From: Desulfotalea psychrophila LSv54
Lineage (GTDB): Bacteria; Desulfobacterota; Desulfobulbia; Desulfobulbales; Desulfocapsaceae
Direction: 5' to 3'
Length of the DNA stretch: 32,000 nucleotides
Assembly (NCBI RefSeq): GCF_000025945.1
Contig: NC_006138.1
Coordinates: 3,270,001 to 3,302,000, forward strand
In this document: piece after piece, positions 1 to 9,224 of the stretch
Position numbering within the stretch: the stretch's first letter is position 1
Layout of the letters: each line of letters opens with the position of its first letter
Notes under the pieces: generated by a model
Told to the model about the DNA's origin: nothing
Database searches by the model: none
What the model saw: only the letters and a program-made list of their open reading frames with translations
Made by a program: the position numbers and the translations under genes

Positions 1-783
1 AACCCCTCGAGCGCCATCCACCCCAACATCCTCAAGCAGTTGATTATCAATGGCTATACGGGCAGCATCGATAGCACGATTCTCACCACTTGCACTACCC
101 ACTCCCATAATGGCAGGGCCCACTTCCTTCATAACGGTACGAAGATCCGCAAAATCAGCATTAATAAGACCAGGTACGTTAATGAGATTTGAAATACCCC
201 TTACTGCCTGAAGTAAGACGGTATCTGCCATAAGCAGCATATCCGCCAACTTACTCGTTTTTTGCCCAAGAGAAAGGAGTCGATCATTGGGAACAGTGAT
301 AATGGTATCCACATTGGCGCGCAATTCCTGCCAACCCTGCTCGGCATGCCTTGCCCGCACCTTACCCTCAAAGCTGAAGGGTTTGGTAACCACAGCCACG
401 GTAAGAGCACCCGCTTCCTTTGCTATCTTAGCAATTACAGGAGCGGCCCCTGTCCCTGTTCCACCACCAAGGCCTGCTGCCACAAAAACCATGTCGCATC
501 CCTCAACGGCAGCCTTCAAATCTTCGAGTGATTCAAGAGCGGCAAGTTTACCTGTTTCAGGATCAGCACCGGCGCCAAGCCCTTTAGTAATACCAGGACC
601 CATCTGCAACACGACATCTGCCATCGATTCCTGAAGTGCTTGCAAATCGGTATTGACCGAGATAAACTGCACCCCCTGCAAACCATTGCGCACCATACTG
701 TTAATGGCATTACCACCACCACCACCAACGCCAAAAACCTTGATAACAGCAATACCTGTCTGCTCAGCAATTCTGAACGCCAT
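1..783 (-). CDS. ftsZ: Cell division GTPase FtsZ, N-terminal 261 codons (3' end lies beyond the window edge)
   Basis: Not in the supplied ORF track because the ORF has no stop inside the window. My translation of the reverse strand from ATG (781-783) gives MAFRIAEQTGIAVIKVFGVGGGGGNAINSMV...VFVAAGLGGGTGTGAAPVIAKIAKE...NDRLL. It carries the tubulin/FtsZ signature GGGTGTG and sits directly downstream of ftsA. Confidence 0.95.
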   Translation of the reverse strand, partial: MAFRIAEQTGIAVIKVFGVGGGGGNAINSMVRNGLQGVQFISVNTDLQALQESMADVVLQMGPGITKGLGAGADPETGKLAALESLEDLKAAVEGCDMVFVAAGLGGGTGTGAAPVIAKIAKEAGALTVAVVTKPFSFEGKVRARHAEQGWQELRANVDTIITVPNDRLLSLGQKTSKLADMLLMADTVLLQAVRGISNLINVPGLINADFADLRTVMKEVGPAIMGVGSASGENRAIDAARIAIDNQLLEDVGVDGARGV

Positions 784-898
784 GTTCTCCTCCCCATCTC
801 ATTATTACTCTTGCTGTTATACTGCAAAAATCTTTCATCTAATGTTATTATAACTATACTATGGTAGCAAAAAGGCACTATAAACAAAAGTCTAGATT

Positions 899-2242
899 TT
901 ACATAATATTTTTGAAAAATCGACATATTTTAGTAAAAACTGAATGATCAACCAATCCCTTTCCCTGATGCTCTTCCCGACCAAAAAGAACCAAACCCAC
1001 GGCCGTCGTGCAACGGGGTGTATAAACATTTTCAACACGACCTGTAAGGCCTTCTGGATAGCCTACACGCACAGGTAAATCAAAAATTTGTTCGGCAAGG
1101 TCGGCAATATTAGGCAAGAGGGCAGTTCCCCCTGTAAGGACAATGCCATGACCAATATTCGTCTTCTGCCCAGACTCTATAAGCGCCTCGTCGACCATCT
1201 CCAAGATCTCTTTCGTCCGCGCCTCAAGTATTTCAACCAAAAATTTTTGAGGTGTTTTCACAGGATTTTTATCGCCACGCTTAGGTACTTCGACAACATA
1301 ATTCGATTTTACAACAGAGGCTATAGCGCCACCGTAATTTTCTTTAAGCCACTCAGCATCCCCTAGGGAGGTCAAGAGACCAACAGAAATATCATTGGTA
1401 AGATTATGGCCACCAAAATTTATCTGGCTGGTCTGACGAACAGTTCCCCCATGAAAAACTGCAGTGTCAGTGGTTCCCCCCCCAATATCAACGAGGGCAA
1501 CCCCATTCTCTTTTTCCTCACGGGTAAGGACGGCATGGGCAGAGGCCACGGATTCCAGAACCAAGCTTGCCACCTTCACCCCCGCCTTCTCGCAACAGGT
1601 AACAAGGTTATGAATAGCACCGACATCAGCAGTCACAATATGCACATTTGTCGCCAACCGCACTCCGGTCATCCCCACGGGATTTTGAATACCAACATTA
1701 TCATCCACCATATACTCCTGGGGCAGTACATGGATTATATTCTGATTTTGGGAAATTTTTACCGTCTGAGCAGCCCTACGAACCGCCTCTAAATCAGACT
1801 TTTTAATCTCACGATCATTAATAGCAACAATACCCGGGCTGTTGAAACCCTTTATATGATCCCCGGCAATACCAACATAGGCAGGAACATTTTTCAGCTC
1901 ATAGTCTGAAGATTCTTCAGCAAGCCTCAGAGCCTTTTGAATAGATTGAACGGTGCTTTCAATATTATAGACAACACCTTTTTTCAAGCCCGAAGAGGGC
2001 ACCGTTCCAACCCCAAGAATATACAGAGAATCATCTAGCAACTCACCGACAACACAACATATTTTTGTTGTGCCTATATCAAGGCCAATAACAATTTCAC
2101 CCAGATCCCGATCTTCTCTTATCTCGGACGGATGAGTCTCTCTCTTTTTAATCTCCAACTCCCCGAAACTCTCCTGCTGCTCAGCCATTTCAGGTTCAGC
2201 CTCTAGGGATATATTCTCTTTTTTTTCTCTCATTTGTCTCAA
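899..2242 (-). CDS. ftsA: Cell division protein FtsA (actin-like ATPase)
   Basis: 447-aa ORF. It has the actin-fold phosphate-1 motif IVIGLDIGTTKICCVVGE and a later DIGGGTTD motif, plus a C-terminal amphipathic tail (FTKICRFFKNIM). It lies between ftsQ and ftsZ. The acidic N-terminal stretch of about 45 aa leaves the true start uncertain (alternative M19). Confidence 0.93.
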   Translation of the reverse strand: MRQMREKKENISLEAEPEMAEQQESFGELEIKKRETHPSEIREDRDLGEIVIGLDIGTTKICCVVGELLDDSLYILGVGTVPSSGLKKGVVYNIESTVQSIQKALRLAEESSDYELKNVPAYVGIAGDHIKGFNSPGIVAINDREIKKSDLEAVRRAAQTVKISQNQNIIHVLPQEYMVDDNVGIQNPVGMTGVRLATNVHIVTADVGAIHNLVTCCEKAGVKVASLVLESVASAHAVLTREEKENGVALVDIGGGTTDTAVFHGGTVRQTSQINFGGHNLTNDISVGLLTSLGDAEWLKENYGGAIASVVKSNYVVEVPKRGDKNPVKTPQKFLVEILEARTKEILEMVDEALIESGQKTNIGHGIVLTGGTALLPNIADLAEQIFDLPVRVGYPEGLTGRVENVYTPRCTTAVGLVLFGREEHQGKGLVDHSVFTKICRFFKNIM

Positions 2243-3234
2243 CTCGATTCACTCTCTGCGACCAAAACACGGTCTTTCATATAATCCAGCTGTATATAGC
2301 CTATTTTTGCAATTGAGTTTCTGCGCGGATGATTATAAATGTCTGCCAAAATTCTCACTAAGTATTTATACGCTTTTCCAACGCTTGTACTTCCAATATA
2401 GATGGGAAAGGAGTAATCAACAAGAAACAAAGTCAACTCTCCCTGTTCATCTACATAAATTTCTGAAATAGCATGCACTGGCAAATTTGGATTATTGTGC
2501 ACGACCTTGTCCATAAAGAGCACCACATTTTTAAGGGCTTGCTCAAAGGCCTCATCTTCAAGCAGATGAATACCTGTTATAATGGGAAAGTCTAAACTAT
2601 CTCCACTCCTTGGTGAAGAGAATATATCGCCGGACTTACTCAAATAAAAAAAAGTTTCTTTTTCACCCGGAGTATGAACAAGGGCAACCGGCACCTGCTC
2701 CTTAATTCTTATATTTACCGTCGATGGCCAATCAAAACTAACCGAGGCCTTCTCCACCCAAATAAGATCTTCAAGCCTCGCTGCCACAACGTCGGCATCC
2801 ACAGAGAACAGGCTATTTTGATAACGAAGAATACCTGTCTGCCGATATAAATCTGCAGATGACATTCGATGTTGGCCGGAAAATTTAACCTCCTCCACTC
2901 GAAAATAAGGTATCTTTCCAAGCAACCTGCCCACGGTATGAGGGTCACTGCATAAAAATATTACCGCCAAAAGAGAACAGGTCAAAAGGCCTACGACACA
3001 TTTTTGTATCGGTGAGAAGAGTTGTCGTTTTACAGAACAGGAGCAACTCCTCATCCGTAGCATCCCCCTAAAATGATCAAATAGACCACGACAAATATTT
3101 TGCAAAATCGTCCTCTTGGTGGAGGTCAAACGATTATTGTTAAAAGAAAAGCTAAAGGCAAAGGGATCCCCCTTCTCTTTTTTTCGAGAACGCACAAACC
3201 TCAATATGCCTGTTTTTATCTTTTTCATATCCAC
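2239..3234 (-). CDS. ftsQ: Cell division protein FtsQ (single TM plus POTRA domain)
   Basis: 331-aa ORF with one hydrophobic span (VVGLLTCSLLAVIFLC) followed by a POTRA-like segment (FRVEEVKFSGQHRMSSADLYRQTGI). It overlaps the ftsA start by 4 nt and occupies the canonical position upstream of ftsA. Confidence 0.85.
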   Translation of the reverse strand: MDMKKIKTGILRFVRSRKKEKGDPFAFSFSFNNNRLTSTKRTILQNICRGLFDHFRGMLRMRSCSCSVKRQLFSPIQKCVVGLLTCSLLAVIFLCSDPHTVGRLLGKIPYFRVEEVKFSGQHRMSSADLYRQTGILRYQNSLFSVDADVVAARLEDLIWVEKASVSFDWPSTVNIRIKEQVPVALVHTPGEKETFFYLSKSGDIFSSPRSGDSLDFPIITGIHLLEDEAFEQALKNVVLFMDKVVHNNPNLPVHAISEIYVDEQGELTLFLVDYSFPIYIGSTSVGKAYKYLVRILADIYNHPRRNSIAKIGYIQLDYMKDRVLVAESESS

Positions 3235-3239
3235 AATAA

Positions 3240-4160
3240 TTAAATAAAATGCACCTCCGGTTGAAGACTTATCCCTGTCTCACGAAAGACAGTGCCCTGA
3301 ACCTCTTTCATCAAATTCCTGATGTCAGCCGATGTGCCACCACCTGTATTAACCACAAAATTGGCATGCTCAGGAGAAACCATCACCTTACCAAAGGTTA
3401 ACCCTTTCAAACCACAGGAGTCAATAAGTCTGCCTGCACTCTCACCCACCGGATTTTTAAAAAAAGAGCCAGCATTGGGCTGTTTTATCGGCTGAGCCAA
3501 GCGGCGTTTAGCCATAACACTATCACAGTGAGACTTTACGACCTCCTGCCCCACAGGTCTGAGAAGAAAACGCGCCGACAAGATCACAGCATTAGGCCAC
3601 CTCTCTTCATAATCCTGCCAGGCTCGATGGGAGAAGTTCATCTCCGCCGAAGAGATATCGACAATTCCATCTGCGCTCAAAAGGCTTACCCCAAGCAGGA
3701 CATCTGAAATTTCACCACCCCAGGCGCCGGCATTCATGATAACCGCTCCACCCAAGGTACCCGGAATACCATACATAAATTCAAGACCAGACAGTCCCCG
3801 CTCCTGACAGCTCTTACAGAGACGAGACAGGCTTATACCTGCACCAACCGTAGCTGCAACAGTCTTTCCCGTTGGCGGACAGATACTGATGGTGGCAAAA
3901 TCCCCCTTAAGCAGGATAATAACACCAATATAACCCTCGTCAGCCACAACGAGATTTGTCCCCCGTCCTATGACCCGCCAGGCAATATCCTCTGCTCGTA
4001 AAAATTGCACCACCTCAGCCAGTTCTTCCTCGTTCACCACCTGAACCAGGGCCCTTGCAGGTCCACCTATAGCAAAGGAGGTATGCAGGGCAAGAGATCT
4101 CTCCCATTGCACGGGAGTCAAAACCAAACGGGATAAAGCTCTCTTTTTTTCCTCTTTCAT
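3240..4160 (-). CDS. murB: UDP-N-acetylenolpyruvoylglucosamine reductase MurB
   Basis: 306-aa ORF. It has FAD-binding N-terminal motifs ([24 protein letters not shown]) and a C-terminal GSFFKNP segment typical of MurB. Confidence 0.93.
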
Positions 4161-4191
4161 ACCAACCTATAAGATATAATTACCAAAACCA

Positions 4192-5571
4192 TTACTCCTG
4201 ACCAAGTAGTTGACATATTTCTTCTCCCGCCTGGACAATATTTCCCGCCCCCAGAGTCACAACAAGATCGCCCTCTCGCAGATTAGGCATCACCTCCGTC
4301 GCAAGAGATGCAATTTCAGGGATATGTCGGGTATAGCGCTGCCCATGGGCCTTAATAGCCTCGAGTAATATTTCTGTGCTGACCCCCTCTATAGGACTCT
4401 CGCTTGCCTCATAAATATCTGTCATAATAAGACAATCAGCCTGATGAAAACAGGTTTTAAACTCCTCAAACAGGGCCTGGGTTCGAGAGTAGCGATGGGG
4501 TTGAAAGAGGACAACCAATCGTTTTTCCGGCCAGGTCTCCTTAATTGCCTTAAGGCTGGCCCGTATTTCTGTCGGATGATGAGCGTAATCATCAATAACA
4601 GTAATCCCCTTCCCCTCTCCCTTATGCTGCATTCTACGCTGAACACCGCCAAAAGAGGCAAGAGCCGTAGCAATTTTCCCAAAAGGAATCTCAAGCTCAA
4701 GCCCTATGGCAACAGCGGCAAGGGCATTGTAGACATTATGGGTTCCAGAGGGAAAGACAGATATTTCGCCCAAAACTTCACCTGCAGCACGTACCCTAAA
4801 AGTGGAACGACCAGCGGCAAAGCGTAGATTGTCCGCTGAGACATCGGCCTGCGGAGTAAGCCCATAGGTAATCAGTCGTTTTTGTACCTGAGGCAGAATG
4901 GCTGCCACATTTTCATCATCGAGACAGACAATTGCAGCACCATAAAAAGGTATCTTATCGATGAAACTTAAAAAAGTCTCTTTTATATGCTCAATATCAG
5001 TATAATAATCGAGATGTTCAAGATCTATATTGGTAACAACCTCAAGGACGGGGGAGAGCTTTAAAAAAGAGCCATCACTCTCGTCGGCCTCAGCCACCAA
5101 AAAGTCACCCTCGCCCAACTTGGCATTTCCGCCAAAACTATCCACCTTACCGCCCACCACAATGGTAGGATCAAAACCCGTCTGGGAAAGAAGACAGCCT
5201 ATCAGGGAGGTCGTTGAGGTCTTACCATGGCTGCCTGCCACGGCAATACCAAATGTCTTCAGGCGCATAAGTTCAGCAAGCATCTCAGCCCGGGGGATAA
5301 CGGGAATCTTATCCTCTCTTGCCTGCACCACCTCGGGATTATCTTCGGCCACGGCAGAAGAGGTAACCACCACACTGGCCCCGGCACATGAGGCGGCCTG
5401 ATGCCCCTCATAAATAGTAGCGCCCAAATCCTGAAGACGTTTGGTGGTGGCCGAACTGCGCAGGTCGGAGCCGGAAACAGAATACCCCAAATGAAGTAGC
5501 AACTCTGCTATACCGCTCATACCAATGCCACCAATGCCCACAAAATGAATATGATGATTTTCTCTATACAT
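4192..5571 (-). CDS. murC: UDP-N-acetylmuramate--L-alanine ligase MurC
   Basis: 459-aa ORF. It has the N-terminal Rossmann motif HFVGIGGIGMSGIAELL, the Mur ligase P-loop GSHGKTSTTSL, and DDYAHHPTEI in the C-terminal domain. Confidence 0.95.
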   Translation of the reverse strand: MYRENHHIHFVGIGGIGMSGIAELLLHLGYSVSGSDLRSSATTKRLQDLGATIYEGHQAASCAGASVVVTSSAVAEDNPEVVQAREDKIPVIPRAEMLAELMRLKTFGIAVAGSHGKTSTTSLIGCLLSQTGFDPTIVVGGKVDSFGGNAKLGEGDFLVAEADESDGSFLKLSPVLEVVTNIDLEHLDYYTDIEHIKETFLSFIDKIPFYGAAIVCLDDENVAAILPQVQKRLITYGLTPQADVSADNLRFAAGRSTFRVRAAGEVLGEISVFPSGTHNVYNALAAVAIGLELEIPFGKIATALASFGGVQRRMQHKGEGKGITVIDDYAHHPTEIRASLKAIKETWPEKRLVVLFQPHRYSRTQALFEEFKTCFHQADCLIMTDIYEASESPIEGVSTEILLEAIKAHGQRYTRHIPEIASLATEVMPNLREGDLVVTLGAGNIVQAGEEICQLLGQE

Positions 5572-5575
5572 AGCT

Positions 5576-6685
5576 CTATAACTCGTCTCTGTTAATTAAT
5601 TGCCTGCATACCGCCACAATTTTACCAGCGGCATCGGTAGGAGCAAGCCTGCGTTGATTAAACTCCATTCTTTCTCGCTGTTCCCTGTTCGTTGCAATAG
5701 AAATAACTGCCTCAACAAGTTGCGGAGCTGTAAGCTCACTCTCCTTAAAGAGGAGAGCACCACCACCCTGAACATAATACTCAGCATTCTTCTGTTGGTG
5801 ATTATCTGCTGCAAAGGGATAGGGCACAAGAATCACCGGTTTACCCAAGGTGGCAAGCTCTGCCAGGGTGGTTGCCCCGGCCCGGGAAACCAAAATATCC
5901 GCCTGTGAATAGACGGCATCCATATCTTTAAAAAAGGGTTCTACCCAGACGTCCCTACCCGCATCCCCATAGGCCTGTTTTACCCAGGCAAGATCCTTTG
6001 TCCCCGTCTGATGAATGAGATTTATCCCGGCGAGCGACTCACTGCCTACACCAACAAAAGCCTCAACAATAAGACGATTGAGACTCCTTGCCCCCTGGCT
6101 ACCACCAAGCACCAATAGGGTCACGCCCTCCTTCACCTCTCTTGCCTTAGCAGCAAGGGCAACAAGATTTTCTCTTACCGGATTACCGGTAAAGACAACC
6201 TTGTCGGCAGGAAAACAGGAGGCACTGGCGGGCAGAGAGACACATACCCTGTCCACCAATTTAGCCAGTTTTCTATTGGCAAGGCCCGGCACTGAATTTT
6301 GCTCATGGATAAGGGTGGGACGACGACATAACTTGGCCATGGCAACCACGGGGCCAGTCACATAACCACCGACCCCAAGGACAAGATCCGGACGAAAACG
6401 GGCCAGAATGAAGAGAGCCTGCAGGCAGGATATTGGCAAGACAAGCAGGGCCTTTACAAGCTCCCGCATATTTTTTCCCTTCAATCCATAACTATTAATG
6501 GCAACGCCTTTAAAACCATAACGTTCCAAAGTCTCTGCATCCATCTTTCTCTTGGTTCCGACAAAGAGCACCTCGGCCCCGGGATATTCCCGACAAAACT
6601 GTTGGGCAGCGGCAATTGCTGGAAAGAGATGTCCTCCGGTGCCCCCACCTGTTAAAAGAATTCTTTTGCGTCTGGTCTCTTTCAT
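5576..6685 (-). CDS. murG: Undecaprenyldiphospho-muramoylpentapeptide beta-N-acetylglucosaminyltransferase MurG
   Basis: 369-aa ORF with the G-loop LLTGGGTGGHLFPAIAAA and the C-terminal segment SRAGATTLAELATLGKPVILVP, typical of MurG. Confidence 0.95.
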   Translation of the reverse strand: MKETRRKRILLTGGGTGGHLFPAIAAAQQFCREYPGAEVLFVGTKRKMDAETLERYGFKGVAINSYGLKGKNMRELVKALLVLPISCLQALFILARFRPDLVLGVGGYVTGPVVAMAKLCRRPTLIHEQNSVPGLANRKLAKLVDRVCVSLPASASCFPADKVVFTGNPVRENLVALAAKAREVKEGVTLLVLGGSQGARSLNRLIVEAFVGVGSESLAGINLIHQTGTKDLAWVKQAYGDAGRDVWVEPFFKDMDAVYSQADILVSRAGATTLAELATLGKPVILVPYPFAADNHQQKNAEYYVQGGGALLFKESELTAPQLVEAVISIATNREQRERMEFNQRRLAPTDAAGKIVAVCRQLINRDEL

Positions 6686-6703
6686 AATGGGTTTTCTCTG
6701 ATT

Positions 6704-8074
6704 TTATTTGGATCCAACATCTTGTAATTGCAAAACCTGCCGACGAAATTGCTCGCCCCTGTCCTGATAGTTGGCAAACATATCAAAGCTTGCACAGGCA
6801 GGAGACAAGAGGACACTATCTCCCTCCTCGGCAAACGAAGCGGCAAGGGATACTGCCTCGGCAAGAGAGGTGGCCCGATAAACTTGCACCACATCCTCCA
6901 GGGCCGCAACCAGCAGAGGCGTCGCCTCACCAATACAGATAAGTGTACGAACATGACCCGCCACAGCTTCCCGCAACAGTCTATAATTATCACCCTTATC
7001 ACGCCCGCCGGCAATGAGTATTACTCGCACCAGCTGCTGCAGGGCGCTTATAACCGCACCGGTATTTGTTGCCTTGGAGTCATTATAATATTGAACCCCT
7101 GCAATACTGGCCACAGGTTCCATCCGATGGGCATCAAGGGTAAAGGCCGCAATGCCCCTCTCTATATCTGCCTTTGCACAGGCAAGCGAACGGGCAATAA
7201 AGGCTGCCGGGGCAGCATTGAGCCAGCCCGTTCTATTATCAAGGGCACTGTCTCGCAGAGAATAAATTTCACGCTGACCAGCAAAGTCAAATTCAAAGTG
7301 GCCAGCAGCGACGGAAATATCACTGGCAGCTGAGAAACCAAAGAGATACCTGCTCGCCTCTCCGCAACCATCGCTGAGCAGGCAGAGGGGATCATCACCG
7401 CTAACGATGGCAATATCGGTCATGCCCTGCTTCTGGAAAAGATGCATTTTAGCTGCCCGATAGCCTGCCAGATCCCCGTGCCGATCAAGGTGATCAGGAC
7501 TCAGATTGAGAAGCAGGGCAATATGGGGTGAAAAATCTCCGGCAAGCTCCAGCTGAAAGCTCGACACCTCAAGCACTATCACATCCACCTCATCACCTGA
7601 GCTCAGCAGATCCAAGAGCGGCACCCCGATATTACCACCGACAAATACCCTCTTACCTGAGGCTCGCAAAAGATCGCCCACAAGTGAGGTAACCGTGGTC
7701 TTGCCATTAGTCCCTGTAATGGCCACAACGGGCCGATCAAGAACCGGAGCCGCCAGGGCAAGTTCTCCAAGCACCTGCACCCCCGCTCTCCGTAATCGCG
7801 CCAGGAGTTCACCGTCAGCAAAGCCCGGGCTGACAAAAATAACATCCGCCTGCGACAAAAACTGAAAAGTATGTCCACCGGCCTCATAATCAACGACTAC
7901 ATCTCCTGCCAGGGCAACCAACTGGGCAAGTAGCGCCTCTTCATCTCTCCTATCAGAGACAAGAAGATGAGCCCCGAAACCGAGGGCATAGCGCAGGGCA
8001 GCCTTGCCTGAAACACCAAGGCCAATGATGGCAAAGGTGGTGTGGGCATCTATATAGGGATTTTTTTTCAACAT
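6704..8074 (-). CDS. murD: UDP-N-acetylmuramoylalanine--D-glutamate ligase MurD
   Basis: 456-aa ORF with the N-terminal motif IGLGVSGKAALRY and the Mur ligase P-loop ITGTNGKTTVTSL. It lies immediately downstream of mraY. Confidence 0.94.
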   Translation of the reverse strand: MLKKNPYIDAHTTFAIIGLGVSGKAALRYALGFGAHLLVSDRRDEEALLAQLVALAGDVVVDYEAGGHTFQFLSQADVIFVSPGFADGELLARLRRAGVQVLGELALAAPVLDRPVVAITGTNGKTTVTSLVGDLLRASGKRVFVGGNIGVPLLDLLSSGDEVDVIVLEVSSFQLELAGDFSPHIALLLNLSPDHLDRHGDLAGYRAAKMHLFQKQGMTDIAIVSGDDPLCLLSDGCGEASRYLFGFSAASDISVAAGHFEFDFAGQREIYSLRDSALDNRTGWLNAAPAAFIARSLACAKADIERGIAAFTLDAHRMEPVASIAGVQYYNDSKATNTGAVISALQQLVRVILIAGGRDKGDNYRLLREAVAGHVRTLICIGEATPLLVAALEDVVQVYRATSLAEAVSLAASFAEEGDSVLLSPACASFDMFANYQDRGEQFRRQVLQLQDVGSK

Positions 8075-8086
8075 CGAACTGTCCTC

Positions 8087-9166
8087 TTAGCGTAACTTCA
8101 GGGTTGCAATGGCAAAAAGTCCCAGAATTATTGAGACAATCCAAAAACGGACAACAACCTTAGGCTCTGACCAACCCTTTTTTTCAAAATGGTGATGAAA
8201 GGGGGCCATTAAAAATATCCGTTTTCCCTTGCTCATTCGAAAATAGCCCACCTGAAGCATGACCGACAGGGCCTCCATGACAAAAACCCCACCGACAATA
8301 GCCAGCAAAAATTCTTGCTTAATGATAATAGCAATAGAACCAAGAGCACCACCAAGGGCAAGAGAGCCAACATCTCCCATGAACATCTGAGCCGGATGGG
8401 CATTAAACCACAAAAATCCCAAACAGGCACCAAAGAGTGTGCCACAAAAGATAGCCAATTCGCCACTACCGGCGACATAGGGAATATGTAAATAATTTGC
8501 TAAAACAACATTACCGGCAAGATAGGCGAAGAGCAGATAAACAGCAGAAGAGACCACCATAGGCCCTGCGGCCAGGCCATCAAGACCGTCTGTTAAATTC
8601 ACCGCATTGGAGGCACCGACTATAACGATGACGGCAAAAACAATATAAAACCAACCTAAATCAGGTTGAACATTTTTCATAAAGGGAATGCTCAGTTGAC
8701 CATCATAACCGGGATGCAGATAAACAAAAAAACCCACGATAAGCGCTCCCGCTATCTGCAAGAGCAACTTACCCTTGGCGCTCAGCCCCTCACTTGTCTT
8801 CTTTGATATCTTCTTATAATCATCATAGGCGCCAATCATACCAAAAAAGAGCGTCACCAGAAGAACAAGCCAAATAAGCGGATTATCAAGACGAGCCCAA
8901 AGCAGGGTAGAGACAGTGACCGACAAAAGAATAAGCAACCCTCCCATGGTGGGCACCCCTTTCTTTTTAAAATGCGTTTCCGGTCCATCCTCTCGGACGA
9001 CTTGGCCAATCTGCAGGCGTTGCATGGTACGAATAAAAAGTGGCCCTAGAAAAAGCACCAACAAAAAGGCACAAACCGCCGCCCCAATAGAACGAAGGGT
9101 AATATAGCGAAAGACATTAAAGCCCGCAAAGGCTGTATGAAGCGGATAGAGGAGGTGGTAAAACAT
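8087..9166 (-). CDS. mraY: Phospho-N-acetylmuramoyl-pentapeptide transferase MraY
   Basis: 359-aa polytopic membrane ORF with the MraY motifs NAVNLTDGLDGLA and MGDVGSLALGGALG. Confidence 0.96.
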   Translation of the reverse strand: MFYHLLYPLHTAFAGFNVFRYITLRSIGAAVCAFLLVLFLGPLFIRTMQRLQIGQVVREDGPETHFKKKGVPTMGGLLILLSVTVSTLLWARLDNPLIWLVLLVTLFFGMIGAYDDYKKISKKTSEGLSAKGKLLLQIAGALIVGFFVYLHPGYDGQLSIPFMKNVQPDLGWFYIVFAVIVIVGASNAVNLTDGLDGLAAGPMVVSSAVYLLFAYLAGNVVLANYLHIPYVAGSGELAIFCGTLFGACLGFLWFNAHPAQMFMGDVGSLALGGALGSIAIIIKQEFLLAIVGGVFVMEALSVMLQVGYFRMSKGKRIFLMAPFHHHFEKKGWSEPKVVVRFWIVSIILGLFAIATLKLR

Positions 9167-9224
9167 TTTTTTTATTCGTTCCTGTTACAAAGGATTAAAA
9201 GTAGAGCAAGGGGATTCTTTCCCC

